Positions 1-8,953 of a DNA stretch of 64,000 nucleotides are shown piece by piece. The notes beneath the pieces are model-generated. The model was not told the DNA's origin, ran no database searches, and was given only the letters and a program-made list of their open reading frames with translations. This stretch comes from Candidatus Omnitrophota bacterium (lineage in GTDB: Bacteria; Omnitrophota; Gorgyraeia; Zapsychrales; Zapsychraceae): positions 559,286-623,285 of the forward strand of contig JBFWOS010000003.1 of assembly GCA_050250375.1 (NCBI GenBank). The letters run 5' to 3'. A program made the position numbers and the translations under genes. Each line of letters begins with the position of its first letter. The first letter of the stretch is position 1.

Positions 1-1
1 T

Positions 2-95
2 GCCAACGAAAAAATAAAAAAACAGACTAAAGTTATTTAGAATTTAACTTCTGGTGATTGGGGAATTGGTAAGATTTTTTGGCTCTTATTGAGTT
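2..95 (-). ncRNA. Putative small RNA or leader RNA; stand-alone homolog of the structured repeat in the giant gene
   Basis: Contains both conserved boxes of the repeat (+ strand ACTAAAGTTA 26-35, GATTGGGGAAT 56-66), enclosed by GCCAA (2-6)/TTGGC (79-83). Lies just downstream of a minus-strand TTGACA-17-TATACT promoter and has a hairpin plus U-run near its 3' end. The RNA call is inference. Confidence 0.45.
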
Positions 96-101
96 GAAAA
101 G

Positions 102-130
102 AGTATACCTCAATTCCAAAAGAATGTCAA
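102..130 (-). promoter_or_regulatory. Sigma70-type promoter, leftward
   Basis: Minus strand TTGACA (130-125), 17-bp spacer, TATACT (107-102). Confidence 0.75.
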
Positions 131-203
131 AATTAATTTTGAGCGTGAAAAATTGGGCGTTTTCTCCTCTGAATTTTCAGTAATACGGACAATATACTTT
201 CAT

Positions 204-232
204 TTGCATTAACAAAAAGAGCGTGATATACT
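204..232 (+). promoter_or_regulatory. Sigma70-type promoter for tRNA-Pro
   Basis: TTGCAT (204-209), 17-bp spacer, extended -10 TG-A-TATACT (224-232), about 50 bp before the tRNA. Confidence 0.7.
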
Positions 233-281
233 ACACAAATTCTTGAACCGTAGAATTTCCATTTCAAGTCAATTTTGAGTT

Positions 282-358
282 CGGGGAGTGGCGCAGCTGG
301 CTAGCGTACGTGCTTTGGGAGCATGGGGTCCAGGGTTCGAATCCCTGCTCCCCGACCA
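282..358 (+). tRNA. tRNA-Pro (anticodon TGG)
   Basis: Acceptor stem CGGGGAG/CTCCCCG, anticodon arm CGTGC-TTTGGGA-GCATG, T-loop GTTCGAATC, encoded CCA end; 77 nt. Confidence 0.97.
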
Positions 359-364
359 TTCTTG

Positions 365-412
365 AAGGGTCAGGCCTTTCTTAAAATAAAGAAAGATCTG
401 GCCCTTTTTTTA
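365..412 (+). terminator. Rho-independent terminator after tRNA-Pro
   Basis: AAGGGTCAG..CTTTCTT / AAGAAAG..CTGGCCCTT hairpin followed by a T-run. Confidence 0.65.
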
Positions 413-439
413 TTCCTTTTTGTCGAATAAACTTATATA

Positions 440-3400
440 ATGGTCGCAATGAAAAAGAAGATAACGTTCATCTTATTGGCACTCATGATGTTAGGCACTG
501 TTGCCTTCTTTTATGTCAACCATGTCCTGCTGCCCGGCCAGGTGAAAAGAACCATTGAAAAAAAGATCTCGGAATATACCCAACGGCTTGTGAGTATTGA
601 AAAGATCTCTTTTAAAATCACCAAAGGCATCAGCCTTGAAAATATCCTTATTAAAGAAACAGACGGGCAGAGGACATTCCTGCAGATTGATGAAATTTAT
701 TTTAATATCCTCCTCATCCCTTTTTTAAAGGACAAAACTGTCATCCTTCCAGCGTTAACGGTTAAAAAACCGGCCATACAGGTCATCCACTACGCGGATG
801 GATCATTTAACCTTTCGGATATAGCCACCAAGAAAGAAGCGAAAGCAGCGGATAAAAATTACAAAGTTTTTGTCACCAAGATTAAAGTATCGGATGGCAA
901 AGTGGACTATTTGAAGAAATCGCCGGACCAGGATTTTTCGGAAAGTTTCCGAAACTTAAATCTGGACCTGGCTATTTCGGCCAACAAACAGTTGTCTTAT
1001 CAAATCCGTACATACCTGCCGCTGGAACAATCCGATGTGTCGGCAAAAGGCCAATATTGGCTGGGAAGTCATAAAGTTGCGGCTCAATTGTCCTTAACGA
1101 ATGTCAACATTCTAAAATATTTGCGTCAATTTTATCCGCCGGAACAAATCCGCCTGAATGCCGGCCAGTTATCAAATGCCGAAGTCAATGTTCAATATAA
1201 TCAGGGGAAATTAAATTTCACCGGGGATGCTTATTTGACCAATGCCGACATTCAACTGAACCCTGATGACAAGTTATCCGGAAACATCCGTTTGCTGAAT
1301 GCCTCGGTCCTCATTGACCGTCCTCATATAACCGCTAAGGGGGAATTACGTATTCCGTTGACGAAGGTTGAGTTCGGCCTGGAAAATTCATATGAAGGGG
1401 ATATCCGGGCTATCGTGCAATCCATGACCTACACATTAAACGATCATCATTTTCGTCTGGACGGCAACATAAAAGCCGACAATTCGGAAATCATTTTAAA
1501 AAACAATAATAAATTCAGCGGTAACCTGACTTCACGTGATATGACTTTGAGTTACGAAGATCAAAAATTATCCATTGCAGGGGATTTTGACAGCACAAAT
1601 ACACATTTATATTTCTCGGAGAAACAACAGTATGACGGCCATGTGACCGCCAGAAATTTTTCGCTGGATCAGGCCAATGACCGGTTAACTGTAAAAAGCC
1701 TGCTCAAAAGCGAAAACAGCTATATCATCTTCGGTGAAAATAAGCTGTTGAACAGCAAGATATCGACGGACGATTTTTACCTGGAGCAATCCGGCGGGGT
1801 CTTAACGATGAAAAGTAATTTAAAGTTTGATGAGGCTGTTATTGCTTTCCAGCACGGCTACAAATTTCAGGGGGCTCCGGAATTAGACATTCAATATTCT
1901 CACTCATTTAATAATAACGGAAAACCGGAATTAAAAGGATTGCTCACGTTCAACAGCGGATTAATCACCGGCCTTCCCTACATAGAGACGGCCAGTAACA
2001 TTAACGGGGAACTGAAGATTTCCGACAACAGGATTTACACAAAATCAACCACCTTCAACGCAGAAAATACGAACCTAACCATTGCCGGACAAATCAGCGA
2101 TCTAACAAATATGGATCTTGATCTTCTCCTGTCCACCGAGAACATTGAACTCAAACGGGTCATGAAATTTTTTCCTGATTTTATCCGGAAACATAAAATT
2201 GAACTGGCCGGCTTATCGGCTGTCCAGATCTCCTTTCAGGGAAAATCAGCCGGCGTAAACAACGCGGAAATCAGCGCCGACGCGCAGCTCAAAGATTCAA
2301 CATTAATGGCCAGGAAACTGCCATCTCCTTTCAGGAACATAAACGGGTCCATCCATTACTCCAAAGACCGGTTCAAATGGTCCGATCTGAGCGGGGTCTA
2401 CCAGGACTTTCCTTTCAAAATTGACGGTGAACTTGTTAATTTTTCCAAACCGGTTATCCATACGTCTCTGCTCAGCACAAACCTGAACGCGCGTTCAAAA
2501 ATACAATTATATAATAACACTATCCGTTTTCCTGAATTGGACGCAAAATACTTCCATTCTGAATTTTCCGGATCAGCTGATATTTATCTATTTGAAAATT
2601 CAGCGCCGGACTTTCAGGTGACCGGCCGGGCGGTGGTGGCCGCAAACGATCTGCCGAATTTCTTTCCCGCACACAAAGACAAACTTGTTCCTTTAGAGAT
2701 GGATGGCACCATTGACACAAATGTATTCTTTAAAGGAAAACTGGATCAATGGGAAGACTGGAGCCTTTCCCTCGATGGAAAGACTCCGGCTTTAACCGTC
2801 CGCAAACATCCGTTAACCGGCGTAAAAATCACCTACCTGCAGCGTGATAAAAATATCAGCAAGTTAAATCTGGTTTCGGATCTGTACCAGGGCAAATTGA
2901 ATGTTGTTTCTTCCGTAAATCTCGAAAACAAACAACTCCCTTTTAAATTAACCGTTGATCTGTTCGGCATGGATCTCGCTGAATTGGCCCAGAAACAAAA
3001 ACTGAAATACGATAAGCTGGCCGGAAAAGGCACATTAAATCTAGAGGCGGACGGCAACTGGCTTGATCAGATGACCTGGAAAGGCAAAGGGAAATTTGAC
3101 GTTAAGGACGGATACCTCTGGCAGTTGAATATTATCCAGGGTCTTTCAAATGTCCTCCTAATCAAAGAATTTACCCATACGGTTTACACCACCAGCCGGG
3201 CTGATTTTAAAATCAAAGACAGGAAAATTTACTCAGAGAATCTGTACCTTGAGAGTTCTACCATGAAACTGAATTCAAAAGGCTGGGTTGATTTTGACCA
3301 GAAATTGGACATTGAGGTCTACCCGACATTAAGTGAGATAGCGATGATCCAGTCCGAATCCATCAAAAAAATAACCTCCGCTCTTCTTGCGCAGAATATC

Positions 3401-3538
3401 AGTTATATCAAAGTCACCGGGACCATCAAAGACCCTAAAATTGATGCGAAGACTTCACCCATTGATATCCTGAAAAATACGACCGGCGTGATCAAAGAAG
3501 GCATCGGGGGGATTGTGGACGGAATCTTAAGGCCTTAA
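440..3538 (+). CDS. AsmA-like / DUF748-type envelope protein
   Basis: 1032 aa; N-terminal TM anchor, beta-strand-rich repetitive body, AsmA-like C-terminus (..IKVTGTIKDPK..). The true start may be the ATG at 449 (MKKKITF). Confidence 0.75.
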   Translation: MVAMKKKITFILLALMMLGTVAFFYVNHVLLPGQVKRTIEKKISEYTQRLVSIEKISFKITKGISLENILIKETDGQRTFLQIDEIYFNILLIPFLKDKTVILPALTVKKPAIQVIHYADGSFNLSDIATKKEAKAADKNYKVFVTKIKVSDGKVDYLKKSPDQDFSESFRNLNLDLAISANKQLSYQIRTYLPLEQSDVSAKGQYWLGSHKVAAQLSLTNVNILKYLRQFYPPEQIRLNAGQLSNAEVNVQYNQGKLNFTGDAYLTNADIQLNPDDKLSGNIRLLNASVLIDRPHITAKGELRIPLTKVEFGLENSYEGDIRAIVQSMTYTLNDHHFRLDGNIKADNSEIILKNNNKFSGNLTSRDMTLSYEDQKLSIAGDFDSTNTHLYFSEKQQYDGHVTARNFSLDQANDRLTVKSLLKSENSYIIFGENKLLNSKISTDDFYLEQSGGVLTMKSNLKFDEAVIAFQHGYKFQGAPELDIQYSHSFNNNGKPELKGLLTFNSGLITGLPYIETASNINGELKISDNRIYTKSTTFNAENTNLTIAGQISDLTNMDLDLLLSTENIELKRVMKFFPDFIRKHKIELAGLSAVQISFQGKSAGVNNAEISADAQLKDSTLMARKLPSPFRNINGSIHYSKDRFKWSDLSGVYQDFPFKIDGELVNFSKPVIHTSLLSTNLNARSKIQLYNNTIRFPELDAKYFHSEFSGSADIYLFENSAPDFQVTGRAVVAANDLPNFFPAHKDKLVPLEMDGTIDTNVFFKGKLDQWEDWSLSLDGKTPALTVRKHPLTGVKITYLQRDKNISKLNLVSDLYQGKLNVVSSVNLENKQLPFKLTVDLFGMDLAELAQKQKLKYDKLAGKGTLNLEADGNWLDQMTWKGKGKFDVKDGYLWQLNIIQGLSNVLLIKEFTHTVYTTSRADFKIKDRKIYSENLYLESSTMKLNSKGWVDFDQKLDIEVYPTLSEIAMIQSESIKKITSALLAQNISYIKVTGTIKDPKIDAKTSPIDILKNTTGVIKEGIGGIVDGILRP

Positions 3539-4134
3539 CGGTTTATATATTCTTTAAGTGTCTGCCGCAGAGCCTGCAGGGCATACGCCCGGTGGCTCAT
3601 CTTGGATTTGATGGAAGGATCGAGTTCACCGAATGTCTTGTCATATTTCGGGATCAAAAAATAAGGATCGTAACCGAAGCCATTGGTCCCGCGCGCATGG
3701 GCCGTGATCATCCCGGGACACTCCCCCTCGACAATATCAATCGTTTCTTCATCATCAACCAAGGCGATACAGCACCGGTAGCGGGCCGCCCTTTTCTCCG
3801 GCGGGACACCGTTCAGCGCTTCCATCAGCTTTCGGTTATTGTCGCCATCAGTGGCATTTTCTCCGGAAAACCTGGCCGAATAAATCCCCGGGGCATTGTT
3901 CAACGCCTCCACCTCCAGGCCGGAATCTTCCCCCATGGTTAACTGATTCGTATAGGCGGCGATCGTGACCGCCTTCTTCAGGGCATTTTCCCTGAACGTC
4001 GCACCGTCCTCGATAATTTCCGGAGCACCGGGATAGTCGGCCAACGATGTAATGATCACATTAATTCCCGTCAGTAATTCTTTGATCTCCCTGAGTTTTC
4101 CTTTATTTTTGGTTGCGACAACAAGTTCTTTCAT
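3535..4134 (-). CDS. rdgB: Non-canonical purine NTP pyrophosphatase (XTP/dITP diphosphatase)
   Basis: Motifs ATKNKGKLRE, EDSGL, PGIYSAR, GFGYDP, SHR; follows rph. Confidence 0.96.
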   Translation of the reverse strand: MKELVVATKNKGKLREIKELLTGINVIITSLADYPGAPEIIEDGATFRENALKKAVTIAAYTNQLTMGEDSGLEVEALNNAPGIYSARFSGENATDGDNNRKLMEALNGVPPEKRAARYRCCIALVDDEETIDIVEGECPGMITAHARGTNGFGYDPYFLIPKYDKTFGELDPSIKSKMSHRAYALQALRQTLKEYINR

Positions 4135-4850
4135 CAGATTTTCCCGATTGTTTTTTTCTGGATCATAATTAAATCTTCAATCCCTTTTTTCGCCAGGGCA
4201 AGCAGTTGCCCCAATTGTTCCTGGCTGAACGGGCTGCCTTCCGCCGTTCCCTGGACCTCAACAAATGCCCCGGCCCCGACCATGACCACATTCATGTCCA
4301 TCTGGGCCTTGGAGTCTTCCTGATAATTCAAATCAAGGATCAGCTTGTCATCAAAAATACCGACGCTGACAGCAGCCACTGAATCTTTTAACGGAATCTT
4401 TTCAATCAACCCGTCTTTTTTCATCTTCTTTAAGGCCAACGCAAGCGCGACATATCCGCCGGTAATTGCCGCCGTTCGTGTCCCGCCGTCCGCCTGGATA
4501 ACATCGCAGTCCACCATAACCGTACGTTCCCCCAGTTGTTTCATGTCCACCACCGCCCGCAGGCTGCGTCCGATTAAACGCTGGATTTCCAAGGTCCGGC
4601 CGGCCGTCAAAGACTTGTCCCGGCGGATCCGGGTATTGGTCGAACGCGGCAGCATCCCGTACTCAGCGGTCACCCAGCCCGACCCCGCGCCTTTTAAAAA
4701 CGGCGGAACTGTTTCCTCGACACTGGCTGTGCAGATCACCTTGGTCTGCCCGAATTCAATCAGACACGATCCTTCGGCATGACAGGTATAATCTTTGGTC
4801 ACTTTGATTTCTCTTAACTGATTATTTTTTCTTCCGTCAGCACGTGCCAT
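4134..4850 (-). CDS. rph: Ribonuclease PH
   Basis: RADGR start, [39 protein letters not shown]. Start set at ATG 4850 (GGGAG SD upstream). Confidence 0.97.
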   Translation of the reverse strand: MARADGRKNNQLREIKVTKDYTCHAEGSCLIEFGQTKVICTASVEETVPPFLKGAGSGWVTAEYGMLPRSTNTRIRRDKSLTAGRTLEIQRLIGRSLRAVVDMKQLGERTVMVDCDVIQADGGTRTAAITGGYVALALALKKMKKDGLIEKIPLKDSVAAVSVGIFDDKLILDLNYQEDSKAQMDMNVVMVGAGAFVEVQGTAEGSPFSQEQLGQLLALAKKGIEDLIMIQKKTIGKI

Positions 4851-4871
4851 GGTTGCTCCCATTTTTTTCCG

Positions 4872-5276
4872 TTACTTTTTCTTTGATTTATATTCCGTTT
4901 CTACGGTTGTGCCGATCCCTCCGCGGGGGTTCATCACCACTTTGATCTTAAGCCAGCGCGGCTGGCAGGCCTTGATGAAATCATCCTGCAATTTATTAAC
5001 CAGATGTTCATGAAAAATCCCGACATCACGGTAAGCGACCAGATATAACTTAAACGATTTTAATTCGATGCAGGTCCGGCCGGGACTATAAGAAATGTGT
5101 ATCGTCGCAAAATCCGGAAGCCCTGTCTTGGGACAGATGCAGGTGAATTCAGGAATCTCGAGATCAACTTTATATTCACGGTCATGATATTTGTTTTCCC
5201 AAACTTCTATTTCAGGCATTTTCAGCGACCGGATATTTTCCTGCAGGTCTTCGTATGAGCTTTTCTTGCTTGGCAT
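4872..5276 (-). CDS. queF: NADPH-dependent 7-cyano-7-deazaguanine reductase (preQ1 synthase)
   Basis: PEFTCICPKTGLPDFA, ELKSFKLYL, FHE, PRGG; within the que cluster. Confidence 0.96.
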   Translation of the reverse strand: MPSKKSSYEDLQENIRSLKMPEIEVWENKYHDREYKVDLEIPEFTCICPKTGLPDFATIHISYSPGRTCIELKSFKLYLVAYRDVGIFHEHLVNKLQDDFIKACQPRWLKIKVVMNPRGGIGTTVETEYKSKKK

Positions 5277-5296
5277 ATGCTATATTCTCCCTAGTA

Positions 5297-5986
5297 TTAT
5301 CTGACTTTCATGATTTTGTGGATCTGCGGTAATATCCTGACATTGCTTAATTGCCGGGAACAAATCGTTTCATATTTCTGACAGAGATTCATAACCCCGT
5401 TACCGAGATCAAACGTATTCGGCTGCAGAATAAATAACATATCCGGATCCACTTCGTAGACCATGTCAACCGACTGCTTGATATCCGCTTCATCCGTCTG
5501 AAGACTGACGACCGTTTTCACAAACACCTCTTTTTTCCGCGCGATCGTTAAAAATTTCCGGTGTTCCTCCCAATACGGACGGCATTGTGTAGAACTGGGA
5601 AGTTTTAAATCCATTGAAACGACATCCAGACGGTCAATCACTTCGCTGAGCTCATCCGGCAAGACACCATTTGTTTCCAGATGGGCCGGCATGTTCGCTT
5701 CGTTCAACATCGGCAATAATTCCTTAATAAATTTATATTGCAACAGCGGCTCTCCCCCGGTTAATGAAACCGAATGGCTGCCCGGCCAATATTTTTGTAT
5801 TTCCGCGAACACCTCTCCAAGGGACATTTCTTTATAGTGTCTTGTTGTATCTCCGATGGAATGCGGAGTGTCGCACCAGACACAATGCATGTTGCATTCA
5901 AAGAACCGGACAAAGACCTGTTTAACCCCTGCGTATTTGCCTTCGCCCTGGATGGATTGAAAAAATTCAATTAGTCTGGCATTCAT
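5297..5986 (-). CDS. queE: 7-carboxy-7-deazaguanine synthase (radical SAM)
   Basis: EFFQSIQGEG, CxxxCxxC (CNMHCVWCDT), TGGEPLL, ETNG, PQIHK. Start at ATG 5986. Confidence 0.94.
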   Translation of the reverse strand: MNARLIEFFQSIQGEGKYAGVKQVFVRFFECNMHCVWCDTPHSIGDTTRHYKEMSLGEVFAEIQKYWPGSHSVSLTGGEPLLQYKFIKELLPMLNEANMPAHLETNGVLPDELSEVIDRLDVVSMDLKLPSSTQCRPYWEEHRKFLTIARKKEVFVKTVVSLQTDEADIKQSVDMVYEVDPDMLFILQPNTFDLGNGVMNLCQKYETICSRQLSNVRILPQIHKIMKVR

Positions 5987-6003
5987 GTCATGTCCCAATA
6001 TTT

Positions 6004-6663
6004 TCAAATGGCCGGATCTTTATATCCGGCATCTTCAAACCCCTTGGCCCTGAGGACGCAACTGTCACAGGTCCCGCATGGTTTTTTCAGTCCTTTGTAA
6101 CAGGACCAGGTATGCTGGTACGGGACCTTAAGAGCCATCCCTTTTCGAATGATGCCGGCTTTGGTGAGCCTTATTAACGGGGCATAAATCCTGATCGAGT
6201 GCCCCTGCACCCCGGACTTCATGCCTTTTTGCGCGGCAGACTGATAGGCCTTCATAAAATCCGGACGGCAGTCGGGGTACCCTGAATAATCAATCGCATT
6301 GGCCCCGATAAAAACGGCTTCTGCTTTGATCGCCTCGGCATACGACATCGCGAAACTTAAAAAAATGATATTCCTGGCAGGTACATAGGTCGAAGGTATT
6401 TCCTTCGGGTTGATTTTCTTTCTGGACGGGAGTTTAATCGTTTTATCCAGTAATGAGGAACCCAGCCAGGGAAGACTGATGCGGACCACCTGGTATTCAC
6501 ACCGGATGGAACGGGCAATCTTCTTGGCATGGTCGATTTCCCGTTTGTGACGCTGGCCGTAATCAATGATCAAACCATAAGGCCGGAAATTCTTTTCCTT
6601 TGCCATATATAAAATCGTCGCTGAATCAAGGCCTCCGGATAATAAGACAATTGCTTTTTTCAT
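6004..6663 (-). CDS. queC: 7-cyano-7-deazaguanine synthase
   Basis: VLLSGGLDS, TYVPARN, YPDCRP, TWSCY, CGTCDSC. The start at ATG 6663 overlaps the queD stop. Confidence 0.96.
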   Translation of the reverse strand: MKKAIVLLSGGLDSATILYMAKEKNFRPYGLIIDYGQRHKREIDHAKKIARSIRCEYQVVRISLPWLGSSLLDKTIKLPSRKKINPKEIPSTYVPARNIIFLSFAMSYAEAIKAEAVFIGANAIDYSGYPDCRPDFMKAYQSAAQKGMKSGVQGHSIRIYAPLIRLTKAGIIRKGMALKVPYQHTWSCYKGLKKPCGTCDSCVLRAKGFEDAGYKDPAI

Positions 6664-7025
6664 GACTCGTAATAAGATGCGCTCGCCATGTCTGATTCCC
6701 ATACCTGCACTTTAAATACTTTCAAAGAAGCCGCATCCGGACTGTAATTTTGATAAATATATTTTGCAATATTTTCTGCCGTCGGATTAATCGTCTTGAA
6801 ATATTCCAGATCATTAAGGCATTTATGATCTAAAACTTCAAGAAATTGTTTAAACTGCTTTTTTAATACGGCAAAATCCTCGACCATTCCCAATTCGTTC
6901 AAACGGTCAGATTTCATGAACACTTCCACTTTCCAGGTATGCCCGTGCATGTCCTTGCATTTCCCCGGATATCCCCTGAGAAAATGGGCTGAAGCAATGT
7001 CGCCTTTTAATGATAATTCGAACAT
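6660..7025 (-). CDS. queD: 6-carboxy-5,6,7,8-tetrahydropterin synthase
   Basis: AHFL, CxxxHGHT, LDH, PTAENIA, VWES. Confidence 0.95.
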   Translation of the reverse strand: MFELSLKGDIASAHFLRGYPGKCKDMHGHTWKVEVFMKSDRLNELGMVEDFAVLKKQFKQFLEVLDHKCLNDLEYFKTINPTAENIAKYIYQNYSPDAASLKVFKVQVWESDMASASYYES

Positions 7026-7036
7026 AGTGTTACCTC

Positions 7037-7825
7037 TTAAATCTTGGTCGCCTTGATCTCTTTTCCCAGAAAATTTCTGGCGATCTTGCCGAATTGCTGC
7101 GGTTTATCGGAGACAATAAATTTATATTTGGGCGTCCCTTTTGTTTTAATCATGTTTCTTTCCGTTAATATCAACTTAACCCTTTCCGCGATTTCTTGGG
7201 CCGAATCGACCAGCAACACACCCTTCCCCACTGTATCCTGAATGACTTTTCTTAAAAGCGGATAGTGGGTACACCCTAAAATAAGTGTGTCCACCTTTGC
7301 CTTATTCAAACTGTTGAGATACGTCCGGGCAATGAGTTTCGTTGCCTCCTCATTGAACCATCCCTCCTCGACTAACGGAACAAACAGGGCGCAAGACTGG
7401 GAAACAACCTTCGCCTTGCGGTTAAATTTAAGGATATTCTTGGTGTATTGCCCGCTTTTGATGGTCGCCGATGTGGCAATGACCCCGATACGGTTATTCC
7501 TGGTCAGCCGGGCGGCTTTTTCAGCCCCGGGCCTGATCACACCGAGAATCGGAATCTCATAATTTCTTTTTAGGACCGGAATCGCATAACTCGATGAAGA
7601 GTTGCAGGCCACAACCACCATCTTGACATTCTTTTTGATCAGAATATCGGTATTCTCTTTGGAAAATGTAATGATTGATTCTTTTGATTTCGTTCCATAG
7701 GGTACCCGGGCCGTATCACCGAAGTAGACAATATTTTCGCAGGGCAGATGTTTCATCAACTCTTTAACGACGGTTAATCCACCCAACCCCGAATCAAACA
7801 CACCGATTGCAGAATTTCTGTCCAT
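7037..7825 (-). CDS. murI: Glutamate racemase
   Basis: IGVFDSGLGGLTV, DTARVPYG, ACNS, LGCTHYP. Confidence 0.97.
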   Translation of the reverse strand: MDRNSAIGVFDSGLGGLTVVKELMKHLPCENIVYFGDTARVPYGTKSKESIITFSKENTDILIKKNVKMVVVACNSSSSYAIPVLKRNYEIPILGVIRPGAEKAARLTRNNRIGVIATSATIKSGQYTKNILKFNRKAKVVSQSCALFVPLVEEGWFNEEATKLIARTYLNSLNKAKVDTLILGCTHYPLLRKVIQDTVGKGVLLVDSAQEIAERVKLILTERNMIKTKGTPKYKFIVSDKPQQFGKIARNFLGKEIKATKI

Positions 7826-7833
7826 GGAGCGGT

Positions 7834-8940
7834 TTACTTTCCTCTGGAATAATCCAATAAACTGTTGGCAATGCTTTTTGCGATCTTATCCCTGTAACTA
7901 TCGGATTTCAGAAGCCGTTCTTCCTTGGCATTCGAGACGAAGCCAACCTCAACCAGAACAGCCGGAATAAATGTGTTGCGTAACACATAAAACCCCGCCG
8001 TCTTGGTGCCGCGGTTGTTCGCCCTGAGTGTCCTTGATAAATTTTCCCCCATACTCCTGGCCAGCTTCAATGATTCACTCTGTTTATATTCATACATCAG
8101 GTCTTCAACAATAGACTCAATATTTTTATCTTTCGGGTTAGTCGCTAAGTGAGAAAGGAAAATCTTTTTATTAATCCTGCGATTTTCATCTTCTTTCTCA
8201 GCCTGGGTCAAATTCCGCAAAGCGAACACTTCAATCCCGCTGACGCTTCTTTTTGGGGATGAATTGGCGTGAATACTGATAAACGCGTCCGCTTTGGTCT
8301 TACTGGCAATTTCCGTGCGATCCTGGAGCGTGATAAAATTGTCATCATCGCGCGTCATATAAACCTTGATGCCCTGCCTTTCCAGAATCCGCTTGACCCG
8401 TTTCGAAATATCCAGGACGATATCTTTTTCCCTGGATTTATTTTGCCCCATGGCACCGGGGTCCTTCCCGCCATGACCCGCATCGATAATGACCTCCCTG
8501 ATTTTTTCTATCCTGTAGGAACCGGGCGTAACCGGCTTTCGTTTGTAATCAGTATCCGGCCTATCGGATCTGGCAATATCCTTGGGAGTGACCACGCCCG
8601 TGTTCAGAAGCACCAGTACTTTCTCGTGAAAATCTTTGGGGATGACAATCGCACCTTTTTTCAAACGGAGCGGCTTTCTTAAAACGATTTGTTTTTCCCC
8701 CAGCAAGACAAGGTCGCTGTCAATAAGTGCTGTCGCCGTCATGTCCCCTTTTCTCAAAGTGACAATCTGGGTGACCTGGTCCCAATCCCAAACAATATCA
8801 TAACGCCGGCAAGCGTCTTTGAGATAAACGTCATTCTTGGTATATTTGACATCGGGCTGCTGTCCGGGAGGAACTGTCGCGCATCCGGCGAACAAAATAC
8901 TTAACCCGGCGAACAACATTAATCGCATCTGACGTGGCAT
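7834..8940 (-). CDS. N-acetylmuramoyl-L-alanine amidase (Amidase_3), lipoprotein
   Basis: Lipobox LFAGC; IIDAGHGGKDPGA, EK, FISIHAN, PAVLVEVGF. Start chosen at ATG 8940. Confidence 0.92.
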   Translation of the reverse strand: MPRQMRLMLFAGLSILFAGCATVPPGQQPDVKYTKNDVYLKDACRRYDIVWDWDQVTQIVTLRKGDMTATALIDSDLVLLGEKQIVLRKPLRLKKGAIVIPKDFHEKVLVLLNTGVVTPKDIARSDRPDTDYKRKPVTPGSYRIEKIREVIIDAGHGGKDPGAMGQNKSREKDIVLDISKRVKRILERQGIKVYMTRDDDNFITLQDRTEIASKTKADAFISIHANSSPKRSVSGIEVFALRNLTQAEKEDENRRINKKIFLSHLATNPKDKNIESIVEDLMYEYKQSESLKLARSMGENLSRTLRANNRGTKTAGFYVLRNTFIPAVLVEVGFVSNAKEERLLKSDSYRDKIAKSIANSLLDYSRGK

Positions 8941-8953
8941 AATTTCTGACTTC

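Noticed and set aside
282-440. tRNA-Pro as an island or prophage integration site
   Set aside because: No integrase and no duplicated tRNA 3' end was noticed in the window.
7026-7036. preQ1 riboswitch ahead of queD-queC-queE-queF
   Set aside because: Only 11 bp separate murI and queD; there is no room or motif.
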